From Betaproteobacteria bacterium (GTDB taxonomy: Bacteria; Pseudomonadota; Gammaproteobacteria; Burkholderiales; Casimicrobiaceae), in contig JANMCH010000054.1 of NCBI GenBank assembly GCA_031361045.1, positions 190 to 64,189 on the forward strand: a stretch of DNA of 64,000 nt, written 5' to 3'. A program made the translations under genes and the position numbers. The notes beneath the pieces were generated by a model. The model was not told the origin of the DNA, made no database searches, and saw only the letters and a program-made list of their open reading frames with translations. Shown in pieces: positions 30,409 through 39,552 of the stretch (position 1 is its first letter; each line of letters starts with the position of its first letter).

Positions 30409-31167
30409 CTAGCGGCGCCTGCGCGGAACCGTGAACGTGGCGGCCAGCGCCGCATGATCGGAGAGGCGCCCGGAAGGAAAGGCGTAGTGGACGCGTGCGT
30501 CGTTGACGTCGAGCTTGCGGGCGTAGATGCGGTCCAGGCGGAACATCGGCAGCACCGACGGGAACGTGCGCGCCGGGCGGCCCTTCACTTCCTCGAACAC
30601 TTCGTAGACGCCCAGTTCATCGGTGAGGATGCGGTCACCCTTGCGCCGCCAGTCGTTGAAATCGCCGGCGATGATCAGCGGGGCGTCCTGGGGGACGGTG
30701 GCGCGGATGCGTTCAGCCAGCGCGCGAATCTGCCACTGGCGGCCGCGCTCGAAAAGACCCAGGTGCACGTTGATGCAATGCAGGTTGGGCGCGCCTTCGG
30801 CCAGCTTGATTTCGCAATGGAGCAGGCCCCGGTTCTCGAACACGTGCGCCGAGATGTCCTCGTTTTCCTGCGCGACGATCGGAAAACGAGACAGCACCGC
30901 ATTGCCGTGGTGCCCGTGGCGATAGACCGCGTTGCGGCCATAGGCCACTTCCCGCCACACGGTATCCGCAATGAATTCGTGCTGTGGCTTGCCCGGCCAG
31001 TCGTGGTAGCGGCCCGCGTTGCGATGGTGAACGCCCTGCACTTCCTGCAGGAACAGGACGTCGGCGGACAGTCCATGGAGCTTCTCCTTGAGCTCATGGA
31101 TGACCATGCGCCTCGTCAGGTGGGAGAAGCCCTTGTGGATATTGAAGGTCGCGACGGTGAATTTCAT
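30409..31167 (-). CDS. Endonuclease/exonuclease/phosphatase (EEP) family protein, YbhP-like
   Basis: MKFTVATFNIHKGF...DVLFLQEVQG...IIAGDFNDW...SDHAAL are EEP catalytic motifs; 252 aa. Confidence 0.85.
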   Translation of the reverse strand: MKFTVATFNIHKGFSHLTRRMVIHELKEKLHGLSADVLFLQEVQGVHHRNAGRYHDWPGKPQHEFIADTVWREVAYGRNAVYRHGHHGNAVLSRFPIVAQENEDISAHVFENRGLLHCEIKLAEGAPNLHCINVHLGLFERGRQWQIRALAERIRATVPQDAPLIIAGDFNDWRRKGDRILTDELGVYEVFEEVKGRPARTFPSVLPMFRLDRIYARKLDVNDARVHYAFPSGRLSDHAALAATFTVPRRRR

Positions 31168-31403
31168 CCGCGCAGGCCGGGGCGTCGTTGCATTCGGGGG
31201 ATCGTGCTCACTTCCGCAATGTTAGCGGTAAATTGCGCCGGGCACCGGCATTCCTCGTGTCCACGGCCGCCGGCTTGCCTTTGCCACCGGAAGGCGCGTA
31301 AGTTTGCGGCTGGCCGGTCGACCAATAGGTCAGGCAGACCATGCGGTTGCATTCCGCCCATCGACCGGTCGCCTACAACCCGTTTCCACAGGAGTCTTGC
31401 ACC

Positions 31404-31670
31404 ATGAACAAGCAAGCCACGATTCAAGCCGCCGTCGCGGGCCTCATCGCCATCGGCTTTGCCGCGTCGGTCGCCGCCCAGCCCGTCGCGCCGAAAGAAG
31501 GTACCGAAAAGTGCTATGGCGTCGCCAAGGCGGGACAAAACGACTGCGGCACCGCGAAGCACGCCTGCGCCGCGCTGGGCGCGAAAGTCGACGGCGACCC
31601 CGGCGAATGGAAATACGTTGCCAAGGGCACCTGCGACAAGATGGGCGGCAAGACCGCGGCCCCGAAGTAA
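31404..31670 (+). CDS. bufA: DUF2282-family secreted 4-Cys peptide: bufferin-type RiPP precursor
   Basis: The ATG at 31404 is preceded by CAGGAG; 88 aa. It has a Sec-type signal peptide ([26 protein letters not shown]). The core is [25 protein letters not shown]...[14 protein letters not shown] with four Cys in the DUF2282 pattern. A DUF692 gene follows immediately. Confidence 0.85.
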   Translation: MNKQATIQAAVAGLIAIGFAASVAAQPVAPKEGTEKCYGVAKAGQNDCGTAKHACAALGAKVDGDPGEWKYVAKGTCDKMGGKTAAPK

Positions 31671-31693
31671 TCTACCTGCCACATCAAGATAGC

Positions 31694-31723
31694 GCGGCCA
31701 GGCCACCCATCGTGGCCGGCTGC
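31694..31723 (+). other. Stem-loop between the precursor gene and the modifying-enzyme gene (possible attenuator or RNA-stabilising hairpin)
   Basis: GCGGCC-A-GGCCAC-CCATC-GTGGCC-GGCTGC has a perfect inner 6-bp stem and a 5/6 outer stem. There is no U-tract. It lies in the 62-nt gap between the DUF2282 stop and the DUF692 start. Confidence 0.35.
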
Positions 31724-31732
31724 GCGAAACCC

Positions 31733-32566
31733 ATGAATTCCCAGTTGCCCGTCGCCGCCGGGATCGGGCTGCGCTCGCCTCACGTCAGCCATGTGCTGGC
31801 CACGCGTCCGTCCGTCGCGTGGTTCGAAGTCCACAGCGAGAATTATTTCGCGGATGGCGGACCCGCACTGGTGGCGCTCGAGCGCGTGCGCGCCGACTAC
31901 CCGCTGTCGCTGCACGGCGTGGGCATGTCGCTGGGGTCCACCGACCCGCTGGATGTAGCGCACGTTGCGAAGTTGCGGCGTCTCGCCGATCGCATAGCAC
32001 CCGCCTGCATCTCCGAACATCTGTGCTGGAGCAGCGTCGGCGGGCGCCATTTCAACGACCTGCTGCCGCTGCCTTATACCCGCGAGGCGCTCGACCATAT
32101 TTGCGCGCGGGTCGGCCGGGTGCAGGAGATGCTCGGTCGCGCAATCGCGGTCGAGAACGTGTCCAGCTATTTCGCGTTCCCGGAGTCCACGCTGGAAGAA
32201 GCCGCTTTCGTCGCGGCGGTCGCGCAGCGCACAGGCTGCAAGTTGCTGGTCGACGTCAACAATATCTTCGTCAACGCCCACAATCACGGCGTCGACGCTG
32301 AAGGCTACCTCGCCGCAATTCCGCCCGCTGCAGTCGCCGAGGTCCATCTCGCGGGTTTCTCCAGGAGCGGCTCGTGTCTCATCGATACCCATGGCGCGCC
32401 GGTCGCGGCGGAAGTGTGGACGCTGTACGAACGCGCGTTGGCGCGCTTCGGGCCGGTGCCCACGCTGATCGAGTGGGACACGGACATTCCGGAATTCGCG
32501 GTGCTGCAGCGCGAAGCGGCCACCGCGCAATCGTGCCTGGAAGGCTGCCATGCTGTCGCTGCGTGA
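31733..32566 (+). CDS. bufB: DUF692/UPF0276 family protein: MNIO (multinuclear non-heme iron oxidase, MbnB-like) RiPP-modifying enzyme
   Basis: The ATG at 31733 gives 277 aa. GIGLRSPHVSHVL...WFEVHSENYF...LSLHGVGMSLGS...ISEHLCWSS...VENVSSY...LLVDVNNIFVNAHNHG...IEWD is the TIM-barrel DUF692 pattern. The part of the ORF upstream of 31733 overlaps bufA in another frame and is not coding. Confidence 0.88.
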   Translation: MNSQLPVAAGIGLRSPHVSHVLATRPSVAWFEVHSENYFADGGPALVALERVRADYPLSLHGVGMSLGSTDPLDVAHVAKLRRLADRIAPACISEHLCWSSVGGRHFNDLLPLPYTREALDHICARVGRVQEMLGRAIAVENVSSYFAFPESTLEEAAFVAAVAQRTGCKLLVDVNNIFVNAHNHGVDAEGYLAAIPPAAVAEVHLAGFSRSGSCLIDTHGAPVAAEVWTLYERALARFGPVPTLIEWDTDIPEFAVLQREAATAQSCLEGCHAVAA

Positions 32567-33305
32567 ATCGCAGACCCGATTCGCGGCCACCCTGCTCGGC
32601 AGCGCCGACGCAATGGACGCGCCCGATGAGCGACTGGCGGTGTACGTCAGCACCGTCCGCGCGAACTACCGCCATGCGCTGGCCGCCACCTACCCCGTCG
32701 TGCGGCAATTGGTCGGTGTGCCCTTCTTCGAGGCCGCCGTCGATACCTACGTGATGGCGGTGCCGTCGACGGGCGGCGATCTCAATGTCTACGGCGACCG
32801 CTTTGGCGAATTCCTCGCCGGCTATTCCCACGCGAGGGACCTGGCCTACCTTCCCGATGTGGCCCGCGTCGAGTGGGCCGTCGACGAAGCGAATCGCGCC
32901 GCAGACGCCTGCGGCACGCCGGAGTCCCTGCTCGCGGCGCTGGCCGCGGTCCCCGCCGCGAACGTTCCAGCGCAGCGATTTGTTCTCGACCCGTCGTGTC
33001 GTTTGGTCGCCACCGAGCATCCCGTGTTCCGCATCTGGCAGGTGCACCAGCCTGGATTCGATGGTGATGCCACCGTGCAATTCGGTACGGGAACCGATCG
33101 GCTGCTCGTCCGCCGCGAGAACGGTGTCGTCGTCATCGAGCGCGTCGTCCACGGCGACTTCGCTCTGCTGCGCGCGCTGGACGATGGCCACGACCTGGCC
33201 CATGCGCTGGATGCCGCAGTGGCGGCTGACCCGGCCTTCGACCTGGGTGCCGCGTTGCGCACGCACATCGCCAATCGCACGCTGGTGGGGCTGCGCAACG
33301 AATGA
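32550..33305 (+). CDS. bufC: DUF2063 domain protein (partner/substrate-recognition subunit of DUF692 enzymes)
   Basis: It overlaps the DUF692 gene by 17 nt. LAVYVSTVRANYRHALAATYPVVRQLVGVPFFEAAVDTYV...FGEFLAGY...LAYLPDVARVEWAVDEA matches the DUF2063 N-terminal pattern. Confidence 0.85.
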   Translation: MLSLRESQTRFAATLLGSADAMDAPDERLAVYVSTVRANYRHALAATYPVVRQLVGVPFFEAAVDTYVMAVPSTGGDLNVYGDRFGEFLAGYSHARDLAYLPDVARVEWAVDEANRAADACGTPESLLAALAAVPAANVPAQRFVLDPSCRLVATEHPVFRIWQVHQPGFDGDATVQFGTGTDRLLVRRENGVVVIERVVHGDFALLRALDDGHDLAHALDAAVAADPAFDLGAALRTHIANRTLVGLRNE

Positions 33306-33745
33306 AAGCGAACGCATCCGCGCGCATCCACGGCAACCTGGTGCACTGGATCGACCGGCTGCAGCCGTACTTTGCCCTCGCGCTGCGCGTGTACGTCGCG
33401 CGCGTGTTCTTCTTCTCCGGTCTCACCAAGCTCCACGACTGGAACATCACGCTGGCGCTGTTCCACAATGAGTACCATGTTCCGCTGCTGCCTCCTGCCG
33501 TTGCAGCGGTGTTGGGAACCGGCGCGGAGCTGGCGCTGCCCGTCCTGTTGTTCGCCGGGTTCGGCACGCGCTTCGCTGCCGCGGCGTTGTTCGCATTCAA
33601 CATCGTCGCCGCGATTTCCTATCCCGACCTGTCGGCAGCGGGACTCAAGGATCACATCCTCTGGGGCGTGCTGCTGATGGTGTTGTTCTTCTATGGTCCG
33701 GGGACACTTTCGCTCGATCACTGGTTGTCGCGTCGACGGGGCTGA
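33302..33745 (+). CDS. DoxX family membrane protein (fourth gene of the bufferin-type operon)
   Basis: Its start overlaps the preceding stop as ATGA. It is 147 aa with about 4 TM segments. ALRVYVARVFFFSGLTKL... and GAELALPVLLFAGFGTRFAA are typical DoxX motifs. Confidence 0.82.
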   Translation: MKANASARIHGNLVHWIDRLQPYFALALRVYVARVFFFSGLTKLHDWNITLALFHNEYHVPLLPPAVAAVLGTGAELALPVLLFAGFGTRFAAAALFAFNIVAAISYPDLSAAGLKDHILWGVLLMVLFFYGPGTLSLDHWLSRRRG

Positions 33746-33836
33746 AAGACGGCGCTCCGGCGGACGATACAATTCCCTCCGCGCGCTGACCCGATTGCCG
33801 GGCGCGGCGCCGCGGCCAAGGATACCCGTGCCCGAA

Positions 33837-35327
33837 ATGCAATCACCAAGCCCGACTCCCGCTTCCGACAGCGGGGTCATGGTCAAGGCGTACAACGACG
33901 TCGCGTACACCAGTCCGCCTGACGCCGCGCGTCATCCCGATCGGCTGGCCACGATAGCGACGCTGCTGGGAATGGAGGTGGCGCCCGTCGCCACCAGCCG
34001 CATCCTCGAATTGGCCTGCGGCGACGGGATCAATCTCGTGCCCATTGCCTCGTCGCTGCCCGACGCGACATTCGTCGGCTTCGATTTCGCCGCCAAGCCC
34101 ATTGCCCGCGCGCAGCGCATGGCCGACGACCTTGGGCTCACCAACGTGCGGCTGCTGCAGCTCGACCTGCGTGACGTTCCGGCTAACCTGGGCCAGTTCG
34201 ACTACATCATCGCGCACGGCCTTTATTCATGGGTTCCCGTGGATGTGCGCGTGCACGTGATGCCGTTGATCGCGCGCCACCTGGCACCGAAAGGCGTGGC
34301 CATCGTCAGCTACAACACGCTGCCCGGGTGCCACATGCGCCGCGCTGTATGGGAAGTTCTCAAATATCACACGCGCGACGCCAGGGACATGCCGGCAAAG
34401 GTTGCCGCAGCGCGTTCCATGATCGCGCTCATGTCCGTGCCTGTGGTTGGCGACAACGCCAGCCAGTTGGCCATGCGCGACGAGTTCCGCAATGTCGGCG
34501 CGGGTCCCGACGCGTCTCTGGCGCACGACGACATGAGCGAACCCAATAACCCGGTCTATTTCCACCAGTTCATGGCCGACGCGTCGAGCGCCGGACTCAC
34601 GTTTCTCGCGGAAGCCCGGTTGACGTCGATGATGGGCGCCGGCCTCGCGCCCGAGGTCCGGCAGGCGCTTGGGCCTCTCGACCGACTTTCGCGCGAACAG
34701 TATCTCGACTTCCTGCACTTTCGACGGTACCGCGAATCGCTGTTGTGCCACGCCGACGCGTTGTCGCGGTTTGTCGTGCAGCCTGCGCGCGCTGCGGCGC
34801 TGCATGTGAATGCTTCGCTCAATCTGCGGCGAACGGCCGCGAGCGCGACGCCGTCGCCGGAGGCCAAACCGGAAACCCAGGCGCTGAAGGAAATGCTGCT
34901 CGAGCGATGGCCCAACTCGGTACCGGTGAGTGAGCTTGCACAATGGCGCGAGCGCACTTTTCCTGCAGCCGCAGATGGCGAGTCTCGCCCGTCGATCGAA
35001 GTGGCGCTCACCGGGCACTATGGCACCGGACTCGTGGACCTGCGCACAGCGCCGGTCGCCGCGGTGGCGGTTGCCGGCGAGCGACCGAAGGCGTTTCCTG
35101 CGGCGCGGTGGATCAATCAGGAGCAGGAAGTCATTCCCAATCTCTATCACGAAGCGCTGCGGCATCAGGATCCCCTCGGCCAGCAATTGCTCGCGCTGCT
35201 CGATGGCACGAGAACGCGCGACGACCTGATCGCCGCCATCGGCGGACCGCTAGCCGGACCTGGCGGTCGCGCGCGACTGGACGAGATTCTGGCGCTATTG
35301 GCGAAGAAGGCCTTGTTGGTGGCCTGA
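33837..35327 (+). CDS. Class I SAM-dependent methyltransferase with a C-terminal 'methyltransferase regulatory' domain
   Basis: It has the SAM motif ILELACGDGINLVP and ...IIAHGLYSWVP. A long C-terminal domain resembles the predicted methyltransferase regulatory domain family. The start is ATG 33837 or 33879. It is on the same strand, 91 nt after the DoxX gene. Confidence 0.75.
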   Translation: MQSPSPTPASDSGVMVKAYNDVAYTSPPDAARHPDRLATIATLLGMEVAPVATSRILELACGDGINLVPIASSLPDATFVGFDFAAKPIARAQRMADDLGLTNVRLLQLDLRDVPANLGQFDYIIAHGLYSWVPVDVRVHVMPLIARHLAPKGVAIVSYNTLPGCHMRRAVWEVLKYHTRDARDMPAKVAAARSMIALMSVPVVGDNASQLAMRDEFRNVGAGPDASLAHDDMSEPNNPVYFHQFMADASSAGLTFLAEARLTSMMGAGLAPEVRQALGPLDRLSREQYLDFLHFRRYRESLLCHADALSRFVVQPARAAALHVNASLNLRRTAASATPSPEAKPETQALKEMLLERWPNSVPVSELAQWRERTFPAAADGESRPSIEVALTGHYGTGLVDLRTAPVAAVAVAGERPKAFPAARWINQEQEVIPNLYHEALRHQDPLGQQLLALLDGTRTRDDLIAAIGGPLAGPGGRARLDEILALLAKKALLVA

Positions 35328-35400
35328 CTCGTTAGTGGCCTGGCTGCGGGCGCGGTGCGCGCGGCGCAAACCTTGCGCGATACCGGGCTAGAATGCGCAA

Positions 35401-37338
35401 ATGAGCATCGTCGGCAAGACTCTCGCGGGTGCCGCCATCGTGCTGGCGGTTCTGGTCGCGGGCATCGTCGTCGCGATTTCGATGATCGACGTCGATACGC
35501 TGGTGGGACCGGTCAAGGACCGCATCCGTGCAGTGACCGGCCGCGAGTTGACGGTGGGCGGCGGTTCCAGCCTCGCCCTTTCGCTGCATCCCAGGCTCGT
35601 GCTCAAGGACGTGGCGCTTTCCAATGCGCCGTGGGGCAGCGCGCCGAAGTTGCTGACCGCGCAGCGATTGCAAGTCGAATTCGCGTTGCTGCCCTTGTTG
35701 TCGCGTCGCTTCGATCTCATCCAGGTGGAACTGGTGGGCCCCGTCATTTCGCTGGAGGCGGATGACAAGGGACGAAAGAACTGGGCGCCGGACCACGCGG
35801 CACCAGCGGCGCCGGCGCAACCGGCTGCGACCGCAGACGCGACGGCGGCAACGACGTACTTCAGCGTCGGCAATATCCTGATCACCGACGGCACGCTCAC
35901 GTTCCGCGACGGAACCGGCGCGCCAACGCGCGTCGCCATCAACCGCTTTTCGTTGCGCGCCCGCGAACCCACGTCGCCAATGGCCGCCGAGTTCCGCGGC
36001 GAGGTAGCCGGCGTTCCCGTAACGGTCGACGCGACGCTTGGGTCCGTCCAGGATCTGCTGCAACGGCGCGGCACGTTTCCGGTACAGGTCAAGGGCGACA
36101 TCGCGGGCCAGAAAACGGCGATCACGGCCAAGGTCCGCGTCGACGCCCAGAACGTTGCCTTCGATGACCTCGACCTCAAGATCGGCGCCAACGCGTTCGC
36201 CGGCAAGTTTTCCATCACCGCCGGAGAGCCGCGGTCGAAGCTGACGTTTGACCTGACCGGTCCGGCGCTCGTGCTCAAGGAGTTGCCGGTCGCCGCCATT
36301 GCGCGCGCACCTGCAATTGCGGCCGCACCCGCGCACGCGTCGCCGTGGCTGTTTCCGGATACGCCGGTGGACTTCGCAGCCCTGCGCATCGTCGACGCCG
36401 ACGGCACGCTCGCCATCGGCCGCCTGCAGCTCGCCGATGGCCGGCAATTGAACAACGTGCGCGCCTCCATCGCGCTCGCTGCCGGCAGGCTCGACGTGAA
36501 GAACTTCGAGATTGCGATCTTCGGCGGCAAGCTCGCCGGCAATGTCCACGTGGATGCGCGAACGGCCGGCCACGAAGCACTGGCCCTACACGCGAGCGGC
36601 ACGGGCTTCGAGCTGGCCGCGCTGCTTGCGGCGACCGGCAAGCCGCGCGAGGTCCGCGGCGGCAAGACCGCCATCAATATCGATCTCGACATGCTCGGCA
36701 CGTCGCCGCATGCGTGGGCGAGCACCGCATCCGGCAATGTCCGTGTCGTGGTGGGACCCGCCACGCTGGTGAACACCAAGCTCGACTTGTCCTCCGCGAT
36801 CGACAAGGTGATCCAGGCCGTCAATCCCTTCCGGGAGCGCGATCCTTCAACCGACCTGGTCTGCGCAGTGGTGAGGTTGCCGCTCGCGAACGGCATCGCG
36901 AAAGTGGACCGTTCGATTGCGATGGAGACGCAGAAGGTCGGCGTGTCGGCGACCGGCTCCCTCGATTTCCGAAACGAAACGCTCGAATTCACCTTTCATC
37001 CCAAGGTGCGCAAGGGCCTCTCCATCCCCGGTCTCAATTTCGCGGACCTGGTCGGCTTGCGCGGGCCGTTCGCGTCGCCGCAGGTGACGGTGAATGCGGT
37101 CGGCTCCGCGAAAGCCATTGCCAGCATCGGCGCGGCCGTGGGCACCGGGGGACTGTCGACGATCGGACAGGCGCTGCTCGGCCAGGTGGAGTCCGGCGGT
37201 ACCGGGCTTTGCGCCATCGCGCTGGGTGCGAAAGACAGCGCGCCGGACGCGTCGGCATCAACTCAAGGCAAGGTCGCAGCGCCGGAAAGCGCGGAACGCA
37301 AGATCGAAGGCGCGATTGGCAAGTTGTTCGGCCGCTGA
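35401..37338 (+). CDS. AsmA family outer-membrane biogenesis protein
   Basis: There is an N-terminal TM anchor (AAIVLAVLVAGIVVAI), then the repetitive beta-rich AsmA pattern (LVGPVKDRIRAVTGRELTVGG...LSLHPRLVLKDVALSN...) and an AsmA_2-like C-terminus; 645 aa. Confidence 0.82.
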   Translation: MSIVGKTLAGAAIVLAVLVAGIVVAISMIDVDTLVGPVKDRIRAVTGRELTVGGGSSLALSLHPRLVLKDVALSNAPWGSAPKLLTAQRLQVEFALLPLLSRRFDLIQVELVGPVISLEADDKGRKNWAPDHAAPAAPAQPAATADATAATTYFSVGNILITDGTLTFRDGTGAPTRVAINRFSLRAREPTSPMAAEFRGEVAGVPVTVDATLGSVQDLLQRRGTFPVQVKGDIAGQKTAITAKVRVDAQNVAFDDLDLKIGANAFAGKFSITAGEPRSKLTFDLTGPALVLKELPVAAIARAPAIAAAPAHASPWLFPDTPVDFAALRIVDADGTLAIGRLQLADGRQLNNVRASIALAAGRLDVKNFEIAIFGGKLAGNVHVDARTAGHEALALHASGTGFELAALLAATGKPREVRGGKTAINIDLDMLGTSPHAWASTASGNVRVVVGPATLVNTKLDLSSAIDKVIQAVNPFRERDPSTDLVCAVVRLPLANGIAKVDRSIAMETQKVGVSATGSLDFRNETLEFTFHPKVRKGLSIPGLNFADLVGLRGPFASPQVTVNAVGSAKAIASIGAAVGTGGLSTIGQALLGQVESGGTGLCAIALGAKDSAPDASASTQGKVAAPESAERKIEGAIGKLFGR

Positions 37339-37375
37339 GGGCTTGCGACGGAACGGATGCGCGGAAAAAGCCGGA

Positions 37376-37452
37376 TGGGGTGGCTGACGGGACTCGAACC
37401 CGCGACAACTGGAATCACAATCCAGGACTCTACCAACTGAGCTACAGCCACC
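37376..37452 (-). tRNA. tRNA-His (anticodon GUG)
   Basis: The reverse complement reads GGTGGCTGTAGCTCAGTTGGTAGAGTCCTGGATTGTGATTCCAGTTGTCGCGGGTTCGAGTCCCGTCAGCCACCCCA. It folds as a cloverleaf with the extra G-1:C73 pair, the anticodon loop TTGTGAT and an encoded CCA. It is close to E. coli tRNA-His. Confidence 0.95.
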
Positions 37453-37468
37453 ATTGCGGGGGGTCATT

Positions 37469-39538
37469 TTAGCCGATTTTGGCCTTCCCGAGCACTTCCA
37501 TCGCCACGGCAACCACCCGGTCCGGCTCGAAGCCGTAGTGCTCCTGCAATGCCTTGAGCGGGGCCGACGCGCCGAACGTATGCATGCCGACGACACGTCC
37601 AGCCGTGCCTACGTAGCGCTCCCAGCCAAACGTCGACGCCTGTTCCACCGCGACGCGCGCCGTGATGGCCGGCGGCAGCACGCTGTCGCGATAATCCTGC
37701 GGCTGCTGCTCGAACATATCCCACGACGGCATCGACACGACGCGCGAACGGATGCCCGCGGCAAGCAGCGCCTCGTGCGCCTGCACGGCGAGGCTCACTT
37801 CGCTGCCGGTCGCAATCAGGATCACTTCCGGTTTTCCGCCAGGCGCATCGCCCAGGATGTAGGCGCCACGAGCCACGCCATCGGCCGACGCGTATTTCAT
37901 GCGGTCCAAGGTGGGCAATGGCTGCCGCGACAGAACCAGGATGGCCGGCCGGTGCCGCAACTGCATGATGCAGCGATAAGCCTCGACGACTTCATTGGCG
38001 TCGCCGGGACGAATCAGCGTCAGGCCGGGGATCGCTCGCAGTGAGGCAAGGTGCTCGACCGGCTGGTGCGTCGGGCCATCCTCGCCGTCGCCCATCGCGT
38101 CGTGCGTGAACACGAAGATCGTCGGCAACTCCATCAGCGCCGACAAGCGTATTGCGGGTCGGGCGTAATCGCTGAAAATGAAGAACGTCGCGCCGAACGG
38201 CCGCAATTTGCTCAGCGACAGTCCGTTCATGACGGCACCCATCGCGTGTTCGCGAATACCGAAGTGCATGTTCTTGCCGCCGGGCGTGCCGGGCTGCAGG
38301 TCGCCGGCGCCGCTGAACTTCAACGTGGTCTTGTTCGACGGTCCGAGATCGGCCGATCCGCCAAGCAGCCACGGCACGTTCTGCGCGAGGACGTTCAACA
38401 CCTGGCCCGATGCGTCGCGTCCCGCGATGCCCTTGGCGTCGGTCGCGAACACCGGCAGCTTGCTGTCCCATCCGGCCGGCAATTCACGGCGCTGCATCTG
38501 GTCGATGCCATTCGCCAACTCCGGATATTTGCCGCGATAAGCGGCGAACAATTCGTTCCACGCCTTGTGCGCGGCGCCGCCACGCGCGCCGACGCCGGCG
38601 GCAAAGTGCTCGGGTACACCCTTCGGCACCAGGAACTGCGCGTCCTCGGGCCATCCGTACGCGCGCTTGGTGAGCTTGACCTCCTCCACGCCAAGGGGCT
38701 CGCCGTGCGCCGCAGCCGTATCCTGGCGGTTGGGCGAGCCGTAGCCGATGTGGCTGTCGAGAATGATCAGCGTCGGACGGCCGCGCGTATTGCTGAAAAT
38801 CTCCAGAGCGCCTTCGATGCGCTCGATGTCATTGGCGTCGCCGACCCGCAGCACGTTCCAGCCGTAGCCCATGAATCGTGCAGCGACATCTTCGGTGAAG
38901 GCGATCTGCGTGCTGCCTTCGATCGTGATGTGGTTGTTGTCGTAGATCCAGCACAGGTTATCGAGGCCAAGATGCCCGGCGAGCGAGGCCGCTTCGGAAC
39001 CCACACCCTCCATCAGGCAGCCGTCACCGCACACCGCGTAGATGTTGTAGTCGATGACGGCGAAGCCGTCGCGGTTGTAGTTGGCGGCCAGCCAGCGCTC
39101 GCCGATCGCCATGCCCACGCTCATCGCGATGCCTTGTCCCAACGGTCCGGTGGTGGCTTCCACACCGGAGACAAGATGATATTCCGGATGGCCCGGCGCC
39201 TTGCTGTCCCATTGCCGGAAGCGGCGGATGTCGTCCAGTGTGACCGCGGGCTTGCCGACATTTTCGTAGTCCGCGTTCACCGCCTGCGTGCCGGTCAGGT
39301 GCAGGACCGACCACAGCAGCATCGACGCGTGGCCGTTGGACAGCACGAAGCGGTCGCGGTTGGGCCAGATCGGATCCTGCGGGTCGAAGCGCATCACGCG
39401 ATTCCACAGCGTGTACACCAGCGGTGCCAGCGCCATCGGCGTGCCGGGGTGACCCGAATTGGCGGCCTGCACCGCGTCGATGGACAACGTCCGGATCGTG
39501 TTGATGCAGAGTGTGTCGATGTCCTGTATCGCCGCCAT
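37469..39538 (-). CDS. tkt: Transketolase
   Basis: 689 aa. INTIRTLSIDAVQAANSGHPGTPMALAP...RDRFVLSNGHASMLLW... carries the ThDP-binding motifs. Confidence 0.96.
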   Translation of the reverse strand: MAAIQDIDTLCINTIRTLSIDAVQAANSGHPGTPMALAPLVYTLWNRVMRFDPQDPIWPNRDRFVLSNGHASMLLWSVLHLTGTQAVNADYENVGKPAVTLDDIRRFRQWDSKAPGHPEYHLVSGVEATTGPLGQGIAMSVGMAIGERWLAANYNRDGFAVIDYNIYAVCGDGCLMEGVGSEAASLAGHLGLDNLCWIYDNNHITIEGSTQIAFTEDVAARFMGYGWNVLRVGDANDIERIEGALEIFSNTRGRPTLIILDSHIGYGSPNRQDTAAAHGEPLGVEEVKLTKRAYGWPEDAQFLVPKGVPEHFAAGVGARGGAAHKAWNELFAAYRGKYPELANGIDQMQRRELPAGWDSKLPVFATDAKGIAGRDASGQVLNVLAQNVPWLLGGSADLGPSNKTTLKFSGAGDLQPGTPGGKNMHFGIREHAMGAVMNGLSLSKLRPFGATFFIFSDYARPAIRLSALMELPTIFVFTHDAMGDGEDGPTHQPVEHLASLRAIPGLTLIRPGDANEVVEAYRCIMQLRHRPAILVLSRQPLPTLDRMKYASADGVARGAYILGDAPGGKPEVILIATGSEVSLAVQAHEALLAAGIRSRVVSMPSWDMFEQQPQDYRDSVLPPAITARVAVEQASTFGWERYVGTAGRVVGMHTFGASAPLKALQEHYGFEPDRVVAVAMEVLGKAKIG

Positions 39539-39552
39539 GTTGGCTCCGGTTT

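Noticed and set aside
29196-31167. The ybhP-like EEP gene plus clsB as something unusual.
   Set aside because: The same pairing exists in E. coli (ybhP-clsB). It appears to be conserved housekeeping synteny rather than a novel system.
37339-37468. tRNA-His as an integration site for a genomic island or prophage.
   Set aside because: Both flanks are ordinary core genes (asmA-family, tkt). I see no integrase gene, no direct repeat of the tRNA 3' end and no visible compositional break.
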